DNA of 64,000 bases from NCBI GenBank assembly GCA_038209695.1, contig JBBQXL010000005.1, positions 2,181 to 66,180 on the forward strand, in the 5' to 3' direction. Within the stretch, counting starts at the first letter, position 1, and each line of letters starts with the position of its first letter. The DNA is from Hyphomicrobiales bacterium (GTDB lineage: Bacteria; Pseudomonadota; Alphaproteobacteria; Rhizobiales; Methyloligellaceae). The notes beneath the pieces are model-generated. The model ran no database searches. It was not told the origin of the DNA and saw nothing but the letters and a program-made list of their open reading frames with translations. Positions 18,611 through 29,725 of the stretch are shown piece after piece. A program made the position numbers and the translations under genes.

Positions 18611-20809
18611 ATGGCTGAGCTCCTCCTCGAACTATTCTCCGAAGAGATCCCGGCGCGGATGCAGATCCGCGCGCGCGAGGACCTTGCGCGCCTCCTCGGG
18701 CAGGCGCTTGCCGGAGCGGGGCTCGAATATAAAGACATGACCACCTTCGCCACGCCGCGCCGCCTGACCGCGGTGGTCACCGGCCTGCCGGCCCGCTCGC
18801 CCGATGTGCGCGAGGAGAAGAAGGGCCCGCGCATCGACGCCCCCGAAGCCGCCATCAAAGGCTTTCTGAAATCGGTGGGACTCAGCTCGGTGGATCAGGC
18901 CGAGCAGCGCGACGACAAGAAGGGCGCTTATTACCTGGCGACCATCGAGAAGCGCGGCCGTCCCACCGCCGAGGTCATTGCCGGCATCGTGCCCGAGATC
19001 GTCACGAGCTTCCCGTGGCCGAAATCTATGCGCTGGGGCTCGGGCAGACTGCGCTGGGTGCGCCCGCTCCATTCCATCCTCTGCCTGTTCGACGGCAAGG
19101 TGGTCGAGTTCGAGATCGCCGGCATCAACAGCGGCAAGAAGACTAGAGGCCATCGCTTCATGGCGCCCGAGCCGTTCGCCGTTAAGAATTTCGCCGACTA
19201 TGTGGGCAAGTTGCGTGACGCCAAGGTCGTGCTCGACGGCGACGAGCGCGCCAAGATCATCCTCGACGGCGCCCGCGCGCTGGCCAAGAAGGAGAAGCTG
19301 ACCCTGGTCGAGGACGAGGGCCTGCTGGCCGAGAATGCCGGGCTGACCGAATGGCCGGTGGTGCTGATGGGCGCGTTCGACCAGGCCTTCCTGGCGGTGC
19401 CGCCCGAGGTGCTCGCCACCTCGATGAAGGCGCATCAGAAATGCTTCTCGCTCCGCCAGGGAGACAAGCTCGCCAACCGATTCATACTAATCGCCAATTT
19501 GGCGGCGAAGGACGGCGGCAGAGCCATTACCGCCGGCAGCGAGCGGGTAATCGCCGCGCGGCTGGCCGACGCCAAATTCTTCTTCGATCAGGACCGCAAT
19601 GTGGGTCTCGAAGCCTGGGTGCCGAAGCTGAAGGAGATCATTTTCCACGACAAGCTCGGCAGCCAATATGAGCGCGTGCAGCGGGTGCGGATGCTGGCCC
19701 GCGAGATCGCGCCGCTGGTCGGCGCCGAGCCTGACGATGCCGAGCGCGCCGCCATCCTGGCCAAGGCCGATCTGGTCAGCGGGATGGTAGGCGAGTTTCC
19801 CGAGCTGCAAGGGGTGGCTGGACGCTATTACGCGCTCGACCAAGAAGAGAGTCCGAACATCGCCGACGCCATCGCCGCTCATTACAAGCCGGTAGGCCCC
19901 TCCGACGAGGTGCCGCGCGAGAAAGTGGCGATTGCCGTGGCGCTGGCCGACAAGCTCGACATGCTGGTGGGTTTCTGGGCCATCGACGAGAAGCCGACCG
20001 GGTCCAAGGACCCCTACGCGCTCCGCCGCGCCGCGCTCGTCGTGATCCGCATCGTGCTGGAGAATGGCCTGAGGCCCGATCTTTGGCTGCGCATGAGAAA
20101 CCTCGCGCTAGGCTGGCAACGTCATTTCGCCGAGATGGGCTCCGAGGGCGACTTTGAAACGCTGCTGGCGATGCCGGATTACATAAAGGCGATGCCAGAA
20201 TTTGAAGCGTTATTGGATAAGGCACTTTTCGAGGACGCAGTTCGAGGAATTGCCCGAAGCATCTTTTTTGATGCCGTACAAACAGCGGACAGCCTGATCT
20301 CATTCTTGGCCGACAGACTCAAGGTGCACCTGAAAGATCAGGGGGCGCGGCATGATCTGGTCGATTCCGTACTCGCGCTGGGCAGCGACGATCTGTTGAT
20401 GATCGTCAAGCGGGTCGAGGCCCTGGGGCGTTTCCTCGACACCGAGGACGGCGCCAACCTCCTCATCGGCACCAAGCGCGCCATCAATATTCTGCGCATC
20501 GAGGAGAAGAAGGACGGCGTCACCTACGACCAAGCCCCCGACCCCAACCTCCTCAAACGACTCGAAGAAAAAGCGCTGGCCAAGACGGTCGACGAAGTCG
20601 AAAAGGCGGCGGCCACGGCAGTCGCCCGCGAGGATTTCGCTGCCGCCATGGCGGCGATGGCGCTGCTCCGCGCGCCGGTCGATGAGTTCTTCGAGTCCGT
20701 CACCGTCAACACCCAGGAGCCGGGTCTGCGCGAGAACCGGTTGCGCCTGTTGAACCGCATCCGCGCCACCACCCTGACGGTCGCGGACTTCTCCAAGATC
20801 GAAGGCTAG
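18611..20809 (+). CDS. glyS: Glycine--tRNA ligase beta subunit
   Basis: [47 protein letters not shown]. Confidence 0.97.
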   Translation: MAELLLELFSEEIPARMQIRAREDLARLLGQALAGAGLEYKDMTTFATPRRLTAVVTGLPARSPDVREEKKGPRIDAPEAAIKGFLKSVGLSSVDQAEQRDDKKGAYYLATIEKRGRPTAEVIAGIVPEIVTSFPWPKSMRWGSGRLRWVRPLHSILCLFDGKVVEFEIAGINSGKKTRGHRFMAPEPFAVKNFADYVGKLRDAKVVLDGDERAKIILDGARALAKKEKLTLVEDEGLLAENAGLTEWPVVLMGAFDQAFLAVPPEVLATSMKAHQKCFSLRQGDKLANRFILIANLAAKDGGRAITAGSERVIAARLADAKFFFDQDRNVGLEAWVPKLKEIIFHDKLGSQYERVQRVRMLAREIAPLVGAEPDDAERAAILAKADLVSGMVGEFPELQGVAGRYYALDQEESPNIADAIAAHYKPVGPSDEVPREKVAIAVALADKLDMLVGFWAIDEKPTGSKDPYALRRAALVVIRIVLENGLRPDLWLRMRNLALGWQRHFAEMGSEGDFETLLAMPDYIKAMPEFEALLDKALFEDAVRGIARSIFFDAVQTADSLISFLADRLKVHLKDQGARHDLVDSVLALGSDDLLMIVKRVEALGRFLDTEDGANLLIGTKRAINILRIEEKKDGVTYDQAPDPNLLKRLEEKALAKTVDEVEKAAATAVAREDFAAAMAAMALLRAPVDEFFESVTVNTQEPGLRENRLRLLNRIRATTLTVADFSKIEG

Positions 20810-20833
20810 TCGTTCGTCGCAGGAGCCGCACCA

Positions 20834-21262
20834 ATGTCGCCTTGCATCACCCTCATCACGCTCGGCGTCGGCGACGTCGCCAGGGCCACCGACTTCTACG
20901 AGCGGCTCGGCTTCGTGCGGTCCAAGACTGCGAGCCAGGAGGCGGTCACGTTCTTCAAGGCCGGTCCCGTCGTGCTCGGCCTGTTTGGCCGGGAGGCGCT
21001 CCACGAGGACGCGTAAGCGGGCGATCTATGGAACGGCAATGGCGGTATCGCAGTTGCACAAAATGTCGCAAGCGAAGCCGAGGTCGATGCTGTTATGGCA
21101 AGCACCGCAGCCGCCGGCGCGCGCATCGCGAAGCCGGCGTCCAAGACGTTCTGGGGCGGCTATAACGGCTATTTCGCCGATCCTGATGGGCATCTCTGGG
21201 AAATCGCCTTCAACCCGTTTTGGGGCTTGGACGAGGACGGCCTGATCGTGCTGCCGGAATAA
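20834..21262 (+). pseudogene. VOC/glyoxalase-family gene interrupted by an in-frame TAA (21014-21016)
   Basis: ITLITLGVGDV...FYERLG, then after the stop the same frame continues ...KTFWGGYNGYFADPDGHLWEIAFNPFW. Confidence 0.85.
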
Positions 21263-21273
21263 GTGGGACTTAA

Positions 21274-21717
21274 ATGCCGGATCATCTCTTTGTTTATGGC
21301 ACGCTCCGAGCCGAAAGCGGCCACCCCATGGCGCGTCGCTTGCGAGTCGGGGGAAGGCTTATTGGCCGGGGAAGTGCGCCCGGTCTGCTTTATGATTTCG
21401 GGAGCTGGCCCGGCGCATTTTTCGGGCTTGAAGAGAAGTATCGCGTAATCGGTAGCATCTTCGCTCTCGGACCGAATCCGAGACTGCTCGCCGACCTCGA
21501 CAAATATGAGGGCGTGGTGCCGACCGAGGAGGAGCGTGAGTTTCCCGAGTCCGAAGGTCTGTTCCACCGCATCGCCATTGAGGTCCATCTCGACAAAGGC
21601 GGCAGCGTCGAGGCCTGGACTTATGCCTTGAAGGAGGCGCCCCGCGCCCGCCTGATCGGCACCGGCGATTTCATCGCCGATCGCAAATTGCGCGTGCCGG
21701 GCGTCCGTCGCCCTTAA
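21274..21717 (+). CDS. Gamma-glutamylcyclotransferase family protein
   Basis: LFVYGTLR and LDKYEG motifs. Confidence 0.88.
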   Translation: MPDHLFVYGTLRAESGHPMARRLRVGGRLIGRGSAPGLLYDFGSWPGAFFGLEEKYRVIGSIFALGPNPRLLADLDKYEGVVPTEEEREFPESEGLFHRIAIEVHLDKGGSVEAWTYALKEAPRARLIGTGDFIADRKLRVPGVRRP

Positions 21718-21776
21718 CCCATTTAAGCTGACAGGTGTTTGTGTGAAGGTCGAGGGGCCGCTACAAGGGCTGACCG

Positions 21777-24491
21777 ATGGACCACACCATGACCAGAGCG
21801 GAGTCCGCGCCTAAATCCACGCCGAAATGGGTTTATACCTTCGGCGCCGGCCGTGCTGACGGCTCGGCTGCGGAGCGTGACAGCCTCGGCGGCAAGGGCG
21901 CCTATCTTGCCGAGATGTCGCGGCTCGGCCTGCCTGTGCCCCCCGGCTTCACCATCTCGGCCGAGGTCTGCGCCGTCTATTACGAGCTTGGCGGCAAATT
22001 GCCCGACGATCTGAAGCCGATGGTGAGCGCGGCGCTCGACCAGGTCGGCAAGATCGTTGGCGCGGAATTCGGCGACGTGGAGAATCCGCTGCTGGTCTCG
22101 GTGCGCTCGGGCTCGCGCGCTTCGATGCCGGGCATGATGGATACCGTGCTCAATCTCGGCCTCAACGACCAGACCGTCGAGGGCTTGGCGCGGCGCTCCG
22201 GCGACCGGCGCTTCGCCTACGACACCTATCGCCGCTTCATCCAGATGTATGCCGACGTGGTGCTCGGCCTCGATCACGAGCTGTTCGAGGAGATCCTGGA
22301 GAATTACAAACATCTCAAAGGCTTCGAACTCGACACCGAGCTCAGCGCGGAGGATTGGCTCGATCTCATTGGCCGCTACAAGACCGTGGTCGAGACCGAG
22401 CTCGGCAAGCCCTTCCCGCAGGATCTGCATGCTCAGCTATGGGGCGCCATCGCCGCGGTGTTCGGCTCATGGCAGAACGCCCGCGCCATCGCCTATCGCC
22501 GCCTCCACGACATTCCCGACGATTGGGGTACTGCCGTCACCATCCAGGCCATGGTGTTCGGCAATATGGGCGAGCGCAGCGCGACCGGCGTGGTGTTCAC
22601 CCGCAATCCCTCGACTGGCTCGCGCGAGCTGTACGGCGAGTTCCTGGTCAACGCCCAGGGTGAGGACGTGGTGGCGGGCCTGCGCACGCCGCAATCCTTG
22701 ACCGAAGCCGACCGCCGCAGCTCCAACTCGAACCGGGTGTCGCTTGAAGGCCTCATGCCCGACGTGTTCGCCGAGCTTGAAGCGGCCTGCGCCAAGCTCG
22801 AGGCCCATTTCCGCGACATCCAGGACATCGAGTTCACCGTGCAGGAAGGCAAGCTGTTCATGCTGCAGACCCGCTCGGGCAAGCGCTCGACGCAGGCCGC
22901 GCTGAAGATCGCTGTCGACATGGCCGAAGCCGGCCTGGTCACCCGCGAGGAGGCGGTCCGCAGCATCAATGCCGGACAGCTCGACCAGCTGCTCCATCCG
23001 ACGCTCGATCCCAAGGCCGACAAGACGGTCCTCGCCAAGGGCTTGCCCGCCTCGCCGGGCGCCGCGTCGGGCGAGCTGGTCTTCGACGCCGACGAGGCGG
23101 TGCACCTCAAGGCGCAAGGCCACACCGTGATTCTCGCCCGCGTCGAGACCTCGCCCGAGGACGTGCAGGGCATGCATGCCGCCGTCGGTATCCTCACCAC
23201 GCGGGGCGGCATGACCAGCCACGCGGCGGTGGTGGCGCGCGGCATGGGCCGGCCGTGCGTGGTCGGCGCCTCAGCTGTAGTCATCGATCTCGAACGCGAG
23301 ACGCTCGCTGCCGGCGGCACCCTTTTGCACAAGGGCGACGTGGTCACCATCGACGGCTCGACCGGCGAGATCATCAAGGGCCGCGTGGCCATGCGCGAGC
23401 CCAAATTGTCGGACGACTTCCATACCTTGATGCAGTGGGCCAATAGCTTTCGCCGGATGAAAGTCCGCGCCAATGCCGATACGCCGGACGATGCGCGCCA
23501 GGCGCGCGCCTTCGGCGCCGAAGGCATCGGGCTTTGCCGGACCGAGCATATGTTCTTCGAGGGTGCCCGCATCCTTGCCATGCGTGAGATGATCCTCGCC
23601 GAGGAGCCGGAGGGACGCCGCGCGGCGCTCGCCAAGCTGCTGCCTGCGCAGCGGCAGGACTTCATCGAGCTGTTCGAGATCATGGCGGGGCTGCCGGTGA
23701 CCATTCGCTTGCTCGATCCCCCGCTGCATGAGTTCCTGCCGCACACCGACGAGCTTGTCGCCGAGGTCGCCGCCAGCATGGGCGTGAGCGTGGCGAGATT
23801 GCGCCGCCGCGTCGCCGCCCTAAGCGAGTTCAATCCCATGCTCGGCCAGCGCGGCGCGCGGCTCCTGGTTAGCTATCCCGAGATCGTCGAGATGCAGGCC
23901 CGCGCCATCTTCGAAGCGGCGATCGAGGCGGGAAAAGCTTTGCATGAGCGCGTCATCCCCGAGATTATGGTGCCCCTGGTCGCCACCAAGGGCGAGCTCG
24001 ACCTGGTCAAGAATCGCATCGCCGGCGTCGCCCGCGCGATCGAGCAGGAGCGCGGGACCAACGTGGCCTATTCGGTGGGCACCATGGTCGAGCTGCCGCG
24101 CGCCTGTTTGATGGCCGGCGAGATCGGCGAGAGTGCCGAGTTCTTCTCGTTCGGCACCAATGACCTGACCCAGACAACCTTCGGCTTGAGCCGCGACGAT
24201 GCCGGACGATTCCTGGGCGAGTATGTCGACAAGGGCATTATCCACCACGATCCGTTCGTGACCCTCGACCCGGCCGTGGGCGAATTGATGCAGATCGCCG
24301 CCGAGCGCGGGCGAAAGACCCGGCCCGAGCTCAAGATCGGCATTTGCGGCGAGCACGGGGGGGATCCGGAAACCATTGCTTTCTGCGAAAAAATTGAGCT
24401 CGATTATGTTTCGTGCTCGCCTTATCGGGTGCCGGTCGCCCGTCTCGCTGCCGCCCAGGCTGCATTGGGGCGCCCGGTAACCGATTGTTAG
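21777..24491 (+). CDS. ppdK: Pyruvate, phosphate dikinase
   Basis: LGGKGA, SMPGMMDT, GGMTSHAAVVARG (phospho-His), GLCRTEHMF, GTNDLTQ, CGEHGG. Confidence 0.97.
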   Translation: MDHTMTRAESAPKSTPKWVYTFGAGRADGSAAERDSLGGKGAYLAEMSRLGLPVPPGFTISAEVCAVYYELGGKLPDDLKPMVSAALDQVGKIVGAEFGDVENPLLVSVRSGSRASMPGMMDTVLNLGLNDQTVEGLARRSGDRRFAYDTYRRFIQMYADVVLGLDHELFEEILENYKHLKGFELDTELSAEDWLDLIGRYKTVVETELGKPFPQDLHAQLWGAIAAVFGSWQNARAIAYRRLHDIPDDWGTAVTIQAMVFGNMGERSATGVVFTRNPSTGSRELYGEFLVNAQGEDVVAGLRTPQSLTEADRRSSNSNRVSLEGLMPDVFAELEAACAKLEAHFRDIQDIEFTVQEGKLFMLQTRSGKRSTQAALKIAVDMAEAGLVTREEAVRSINAGQLDQLLHPTLDPKADKTVLAKGLPASPGAASGELVFDADEAVHLKAQGHTVILARVETSPEDVQGMHAAVGILTTRGGMTSHAAVVARGMGRPCVVGASAVVIDLERETLAAGGTLLHKGDVVTIDGSTGEIIKGRVAMREPKLSDDFHTLMQWANSFRRMKVRANADTPDDARQARAFGAEGIGLCRTEHMFFEGARILAMREMILAEEPEGRRAALAKLLPAQRQDFIELFEIMAGLPVTIRLLDPPLHEFLPHTDELVAEVAASMGVSVARLRRRVAALSEFNPMLGQRGARLLVSYPEIVEMQARAIFEAAIEAGKALHERVIPEIMVPLVATKGELDLVKNRIAGVARAIEQERGTNVAYSVGTMVELPRACLMAGEIGESAEFFSFGTNDLTQTTFGLSRDDAGRFLGEYVDKGIIHHDPFVTLDPAVGELMQIAAERGRKTRPELKIGICGEHGGDPETIAFCEKIELDYVSCSPYRVPVARLAAAQAALGRPVTDC

Positions 24492-24765
24492 CGATGGCCT
24501 GCAACAAACCCGGGCCCGCGTTGCTGTTCACCACAATTTATTCTAATTTGTCGGGCACCGTTAAGGTAACGAGACGGGACTCCGGGCATGGGACCGGTGG
24601 GGGACTTCAAACTAAATAGCTGATTTTCCCACCTTTTTGCCTGGTTAGGGTTTTTGGGGACTCTCCCAACGTGGGTTCTTGCCTGCCGAGGAGGGTAAAA
24701 TAGCGGGGGAAGACCGGCCGACGCGTCGGACGGATTTTCCCGCAGGGTTACGGGGTAGAGGGACA

Positions 24766-25914
24766 ATGGGCCGACGCTTGCCTCGTCGCGTGTGGCACAC
24801 CGTGGCTGCGCTCGTGCCGCTACCCTTGATCTGTTTGGGTTATGTCGCGGCTGTGCCGGGCAACCCCATCGCCTTCCAAATCCAGCTTTATTTCGCGGGC
24901 CAAGGTTCGGCCCAGCCCTTGACGCATCGGGCCGAGGCCGCGCCGGAGCGCTTACCGCGCGAGGCTGCGCTGCTGTTCCACACCGGCGGCAAGGGGCCGC
25001 GCGCCGACCAATATCTCGTACCCAACACCGTCACTTCGGCCGGCAAGCAGCTCATCGCCGCGAGCCTTGGCGGCGACCCGGGCGTGACCGGCGCGCTGTG
25101 GAACCGCAATGAGGTGAACGGCGCGATCAAGGCCGACCGGCTCCATCCGACCAGCTCCGCCGTGGCGATGAGAGGCTCGGTGGGGGCTCCGGCCGGGCCG
25201 TCATTGATGAGCGCCGGCGCCGCTTCGGCTTTCAACGCGAGTTTCGACGTCGATGGCTTCAGGCCCTCGGCTGAAGAGGTGGCCTACCATCCGACCCCCG
25301 AGGGCTTGGATTTCCGCTACAAGGGCGAAAGCCAAGCCGAGTTCGAACAGCGCGAGCGCCGCTGCCTCGCCATCGCCATCTATTTCGAGGCGCGCGGCGA
25401 GCCGGTGCAGGGCCAGGTTGCCGTCGGCCAGGTCATCCTCAATCGGGTGAGAAGCCCAAATTTCCCGGAGACCATCTGCGGCGTCGTCTATCAGGGCCAG
25501 ATGGAGAAGGGTTGCCAGTTCTCCTTCACCTGCGACGGCAAGACCGACATTCCGCGCGACAACGAACAATGGGCGCTCGCCCAGGACATTTCCAGGCAGA
25601 TCACCTCAGGCGAGCTTTGGCTGCCTGAAGTCGGCTACTCGACCTTCTACCACGCCAATTATGTGAACCCGCGCTGGGCCGGCAGTATGAACAAGATCGA
25701 CAAAATCGGCCGCCACATCTTCTACAAGAAGCGCAACGAGGAGCCTTACCTCGTCGAAGCCGCGGCCGACGATGCAGCTGCGCCGGAGCAAGCACCGGAA
25801 TCTTTATTCTCCCTCACCCCAGCACTTTCGCTGGTGTCGGCAGTGGCCGGGACCGGCTCAGCCTCTAGTCCTGCCATTCCAGCGATGAGTCTAGGCTTCG
25901 CGGCGAGTGAGTAA
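24766..25914 (+). CDS. Cell wall hydrolase, SleB/Hydrolase_2 family
   Basis: CLAIAIYFEARGE, VILNRV, CQFSFTCDG, YHANYV, IGRHIFY; N-terminal membrane anchor. Confidence 0.9.
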   Translation: MGRRLPRRVWHTVAALVPLPLICLGYVAAVPGNPIAFQIQLYFAGQGSAQPLTHRAEAAPERLPREAALLFHTGGKGPRADQYLVPNTVTSAGKQLIAASLGGDPGVTGALWNRNEVNGAIKADRLHPTSSAVAMRGSVGAPAGPSLMSAGAASAFNASFDVDGFRPSAEEVAYHPTPEGLDFRYKGESQAEFEQRERRCLAIAIYFEARGEPVQGQVAVGQVILNRVRSPNFPETICGVVYQGQMEKGCQFSFTCDGKTDIPRDNEQWALAQDISRQITSGELWLPEVGYSTFYHANYVNPRWAGSMNKIDKIGRHIFYKKRNEEPYLVEAAADDAAAPEQAPESLFSLTPALSLVSAVAGTGSASSPAIPAMSLGFAASE

Positions 25915-26722
25915 GCGCGCCGACCGAGATCACGTCGACGCCGGTCTCAGCGATTTTCCGCACCCTCTCTAGCGTCACGCCGCCCGACGCCTCGGTCGCT
26001 ACCCGTCCGGCCACCAATTTCACCGCCTGCCGCAGTGTCTCGACATCCATATTGTCGAGCAGCACCGCATCGATGGGAAAGCGCAGCGCCTGTTCCAGCT
26101 GATCGAGCGTATCGACCTCGACCTCGACCTTGATACCTTTCAGCTTTCCGCGCCCTGGGCCCAGCCTCTCCAGCGCCTTGGCAAGACCGCCGGCGGCAGC
26201 GATGTGATTGTCCTTCACCAGCACAGCATCGTAGAGGCCGAAGCGATGATTGACGCCGCCGCCGGCCCTGACCGCGTATTTCTCCAAGGCGCGCAATCCC
26301 GGCGTAGTCTTTCGCGTGCAGGCGATGCGCGCGGCCGTACCCGCCACCGCCTTGACGTAAGCAGCGGTCAGGGTGGCGATGCCGCTCAAGCGGTTGAGGT
26401 AGTTGAGCGCGGTCCGCTCGCCGGTGAGCAGCGCGCGGGTCTTGGCCGACACGGTGGCGATGGTGTCGCCATTGGCGACCTTGCCGCCATCGCCGACGAC
26501 CTTCACGAAGCGAGTATCGGGATCGAGCGCCTTGAAGGCGGCCTCGGCAAGATCGAGTCCGGCGATCACCCCTTCCTGGCGCGCCACGATGGCGGCCTCA
26601 CCGTGCGCCTCCGCCGACACGATGCCGTCGGTGGTGATGTCCCCGGCGGTGGCGAGATCCTCTTCCAGCGCCGCCGAAATAGCGGTCGCGACCAAGCGCG
26701 GCGGTAGCTTCAGCTCAGGCAT
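25865..26722 (-). CDS. nadC: Nicotinate-nucleotide pyrophosphorylase (carboxylating)
   Basis: GDITT, TRKTTPGLR, HRFGL, KDNH, EVEVD, LLDN, EASGG. Start MPELK overlaps the nadB stop. Confidence 0.95.
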   Translation of the reverse strand: MPELKLPPRLVATAISAALEEDLATAGDITTDGIVSAEAHGEAAIVARQEGVIAGLDLAEAAFKALDPDTRFVKVVGDGGKVANGDTIATVSAKTRALLTGERTALNYLNRLSGIATLTAAYVKAVAGTAARIACTRKTTPGLRALEKYAVRAGGGVNHRFGLYDAVLVKDNHIAAAGGLAKALERLGPGRGKLKGIKVEVEVDTLDQLEQALRFPIDAVLLDNMDVETLRQAVKLVAGRVATEASGGVTLERVRKIAETGVDVISVGALTHSPRSLDSSLEWQD

Positions 26723-28358
26723 GGAGCGCGGCGCGGCCGAACGCGTGGCGCCGGCGCGCCGATGCGCCCACCCCGCTCGCCGCGCGGGCGATGATCTCGG
26801 CTTGAGCGAGAGTGAGGAAGCTGCGCTTGGCAAGCTTGTCGTCCTGCATCGGATAGTCGCTGCGGAAATGCGCCCCGCGGCTTTCCTTGCGCTCGAGCGC
26901 GGCGACCGTGATCAGCTTCGCTGTGGTCAGCATATTGGCCAGACGCTGGTTGCCCTGATTTTCGCGCTCGAGCACGCCGATCGTCTCGATCGCCTTCAAC
27001 AGCGAGTGTTCGTCGCGAATGACGCCGACCTCTGCGGCCATGGTCAGGCGAAGCGTCTGCTCGGCGCTGCTATTGCTGCCGCTCGGCGTCGTTGCCTGAA
27101 GCTGAACCTCGCGTGGCGCCAGCGTCGTGGGTAGGGCGGAAGGCAGCAGGGCGGCGATATCGCGGGCGACGCGGGCGCCGAACACCACCGCTTCTAGAAG
27201 GGAGTTGGACGCGAGCCGGTTGGCGCCATGGGCGCCGGTCGAGGCCACCTCGCCGCAGGCCCACAGCCCGTCGACGGTGCTTCGCCCCTGCGCGTCGGTT
27301 AGGATGCCGCCCATATGGTAATGGGCCGCCGGGGCAATCGGAATCGGCTCGCGGATCGGATCGATGCCGGCGGCACGGCAAGCGGCCATCACGGTGGGGA
27401 AATGGTCGGCAAGTTCGGCCGCCAGCTTCCGGCAATCGAGAAAGGCACCGCGCCCGCTGGACACTTCGCGATGGACGGCCCGCGCCACCACGTCGCGGGG
27501 CCCAAGCTCGGCGTCCTCGTGAACCGCGCGCATGAAACGCTCGCCGCGACCGTTGATCAGCAGCGCCCCTTCGCCGCGCAGCGCCTCGGTGGCGAGCGGG
27601 GCCGGGTCGCGGCCGATATTGATGGCGGTCGGATGAAACTGCACGAACTCCGCGTCGGCGATCACCGCGCCGGCCCGGGCGGCGATGGCTATGCCTTCGC
27701 CGCGCGCCTCGCGCGGATTGGTGGTGATGGCATAGACTTGGCCGGCGCCACCGGTGGCGAGCACCACGGCGCTGGCAGGCAGGACCAGCCGAGGCGGCAA
27801 GATGTCAGCCGAGGTGGCGGCGAGCTCGACGCCCACCACGCGGCCATCTTTGAGCCGGAGATCGCTGGCGGCATAGCCCTCGAGCACGCTGATCGACGGC
27901 GTGCGCCTGACCGCCTCGAACAGCGCCGCCATGATGGCGCGCCCGGCGGTGTCGCCCTTGACATGGAGGATGCGGTTGCGCCCGTGCGCCGCCTCGCGGC
28001 CTAGGCTGAAATGGCCCTCGAGATCCTTATCGAACGGCACGCCATAGGACAGCAGATCGGCAATGCGGTCGCGTGCCTCGCGCGCCAACAGATGCGCGAT
28101 CTTGTCATCGACGATGCCGGCACCGGCGAGGATGGTGTCGGCCGCATGCGCCTCGGGCGTGTCGCCTTCAGCCACCGCCGCGGCGATGCCCGCTTGCGCC
28201 CACAGGCTGGAGGCGCCTTCGCCGAGATGCGCGCCCGCCACCACGGTGACGGGGAGGGGCGCAAGCTTAAGCGCGGTGAACAGGCCGGCCAGGCCGGCAC
28301 CGACCACGACCACGCCGCCGCTGGCTGCTGGCGATGGGAATTGGCTATGCGCTGTCAT
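26715..28358 (-). CDS. nadB: L-aspartate oxidase
   Basis: GAGLAG, WAQAGIAA, QFHPT, TEALRGEG, HYHMGG, HGANRLASNSL, ESRGAHFR. Confidence 0.95.
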   Translation of the reverse strand: MTAHSQFPSPAASGGVVVVGAGLAGLFTALKLAPLPVTVVAGAHLGEGASSLWAQAGIAAAVAEGDTPEAHAADTILAGAGIVDDKIAHLLAREARDRIADLLSYGVPFDKDLEGHFSLGREAAHGRNRILHVKGDTAGRAIMAALFEAVRRTPSISVLEGYAASDLRLKDGRVVGVELAATSADILPPRLVLPASAVVLATGGAGQVYAITTNPREARGEGIAIAARAGAVIADAEFVQFHPTAINIGRDPAPLATEALRGEGALLINGRGERFMRAVHEDAELGPRDVVARAVHREVSSGRGAFLDCRKLAAELADHFPTVMAACRAAGIDPIREPIPIAPAAHYHMGGILTDAQGRSTVDGLWACGEVASTGAHGANRLASNSLLEAVVFGARVARDIAALLPSALPTTLAPREVQLQATTPSGSNSSAEQTLRLTMAAEVGVIRDEHSLLKAIETIGVLERENQGNQRLANMLTTAKLITVAALERKESRGAHFRSDYPMQDDKLAKRSFLTLAQAEIIARAASGVGASARRRHAFGRAALHA

Positions 28359-28390
28359 TGGCGGATGCACCCGTTCCTTTGCGGCCAGCG

Positions 28391-29458
28391 TCAATGGTTG
28401 AGATTGATCATGCGCTCGACGGACGCACGCGCCCGGCCGGCGATGAGCGGGTCGATCGTGACCTCCTCTTTGAGGAACACGAGGCTGTCGAGAATCTTCG
28501 GCAGCGTGATCCGCTTCATATGCGGGCAGAGATTGCAGGGCCGCACGAACTCGACATTGGGCGCTTCGACTGCGACGTTGTCGCTCATCGAGCACTCGGT
28601 CACCAGCAGCACCTTGGAAGGCTGATGGTCGTGCACCCATTTGATCATGCCCGAGGTCGAGCCGGTGAAGTCCGCCTCCGCCAGCACGTCGGGGGCGCAT
28701 TCGGGATGGGCGATGATCCTCACGCCGGGATCGGCCTCGCGATAGGCGCGCAGCTCCTCGCCGCTGAAGCGCTCATGCACCTCGCAATGGCCCTTCCAGG
28801 TGATGATCTCGACCTTGGTCTGGGTCTGCACCCATTTGGCGAGGAACTCGTCGGGGATCATGATCACCCGTTTGGCGCCGAGCGACTCGACCACCCGCAC
28901 CGCGTTGGACGAGGTGCAGCAGATATCCGACTCGGCCTTCACCTCGGCCGAGGTGTTGACATAGGTGACCACCGGCACGCCGGGATAGGCCTCGCGCAGC
29001 GCCCGCACATCGGCGCCGGTGATCGAGGCGGCGAGCGAGCAGCCCGCGCGGAGATCGGGGATCAGCACCATCTTGTCCGGATTGAGCAGCTTCGAGGTCT
29101 CGGCCATGAAATGCACGCCGCCCTGGATGATAATGTCGGCGTCGGTCTTGCCGGCCTCGCGGGCAAGCTGAAGCGAGTCGCCGACCACGTCGGCGACGCA
29201 ATGGAAGATCTCGGGCGTCATGTAGTTATGCGCCAGCACCACGGCGTTGCGCGCGCGCTTGAGATCGTTGATGGCCTTGATGTAAGGCGCGAAGCCCGGC
29301 CACTCGATCGGCGGGATGACGCGCGACACGCGCTCGTAAAGATGTGCGGTCTCCCGCGCCACCTCCGGCGTATAGGCGAGGTCTGGGAGCAGGGTGGGTG
29401 GAAGCGCCATTTGCGCTTTGCGCCCACCAAGCGCAGTGCTGCCTTGAAGCCCCGTCAT
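28391..29458 (-). CDS. nadA: Quinolinate synthase
   Basis: LAHNY, GVHFMAE, AGCSLA, YVNT, HPEC, CPHMK. Start follows GGAGGA. Confidence 0.95.
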   Translation of the reverse strand: MTGLQGSTALGGRKAQMALPPTLLPDLAYTPEVARETAHLYERVSRVIPPIEWPGFAPYIKAINDLKRARNAVVLAHNYMTPEIFHCVADVVGDSLQLAREAGKTDADIIIQGGVHFMAETSKLLNPDKMVLIPDLRAGCSLAASITGADVRALREAYPGVPVVTYVNTSAEVKAESDICCTSSNAVRVVESLGAKRVIMIPDEFLAKWVQTQTKVEIITWKGHCEVHERFSGEELRAYREADPGVRIIAHPECAPDVLAEADFTGSTSGMIKWVHDHQPSKVLLVTECSMSDNVAVEAPNVEFVRPCNLCPHMKRITLPKILDSLVFLKEEVTIDPLIAGRARASVERMINLNH

Positions 29459-29472
29459 TGGATGTCCTCCCG

Positions 29473-29493
29473 TAATGCTCACAGTGAGCATAT
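29473..29493. promoter_or_regulatory. NadQ operator 1
   Basis: TAATGCTC-ACAGT-GAGCATAT palindrome matching ATRCTC-N5-GAGYAT, just upstream of the nadA RBS. Confidence 0.85.
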
Positions 29494-29528
29494 ATGGGTC
29501 CTAAAACATCCGGCACAAGTGCCGGCCC

Positions 29529-29549
29529 CTATTCTCACTTGGAGTATAG
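29529..29549. promoter_or_regulatory. NadQ operator 2
   Basis: CTATTCTC-ACTTG-GAGTATAG, a second imperfect copy 56 bp from the first. Confidence 0.75.
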
Positions 29550-29725
29550 GGGATGTATTACGGCCTTTCAAAGGGGCTGCGGCATCTTCACCCGCGATTG
29601 TGAACGACTGTGGCCCACAATCCACGCGGGGGCTTGATGGCAATTCCGAGCCTAAATGCGGGCAATTCCTGGTGGCCCTAGCCTGCGTCAGGGATTAACC
29701 TGAGGCTGGGTACGAGGGGTCCGGG

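Noticed and set aside
24492-24765. Riboswitch or ncRNA in the long leader of the cell wall hydrolase
   Set aside because: No recognisable aptamer or convincing stems; more likely a complex promoter.
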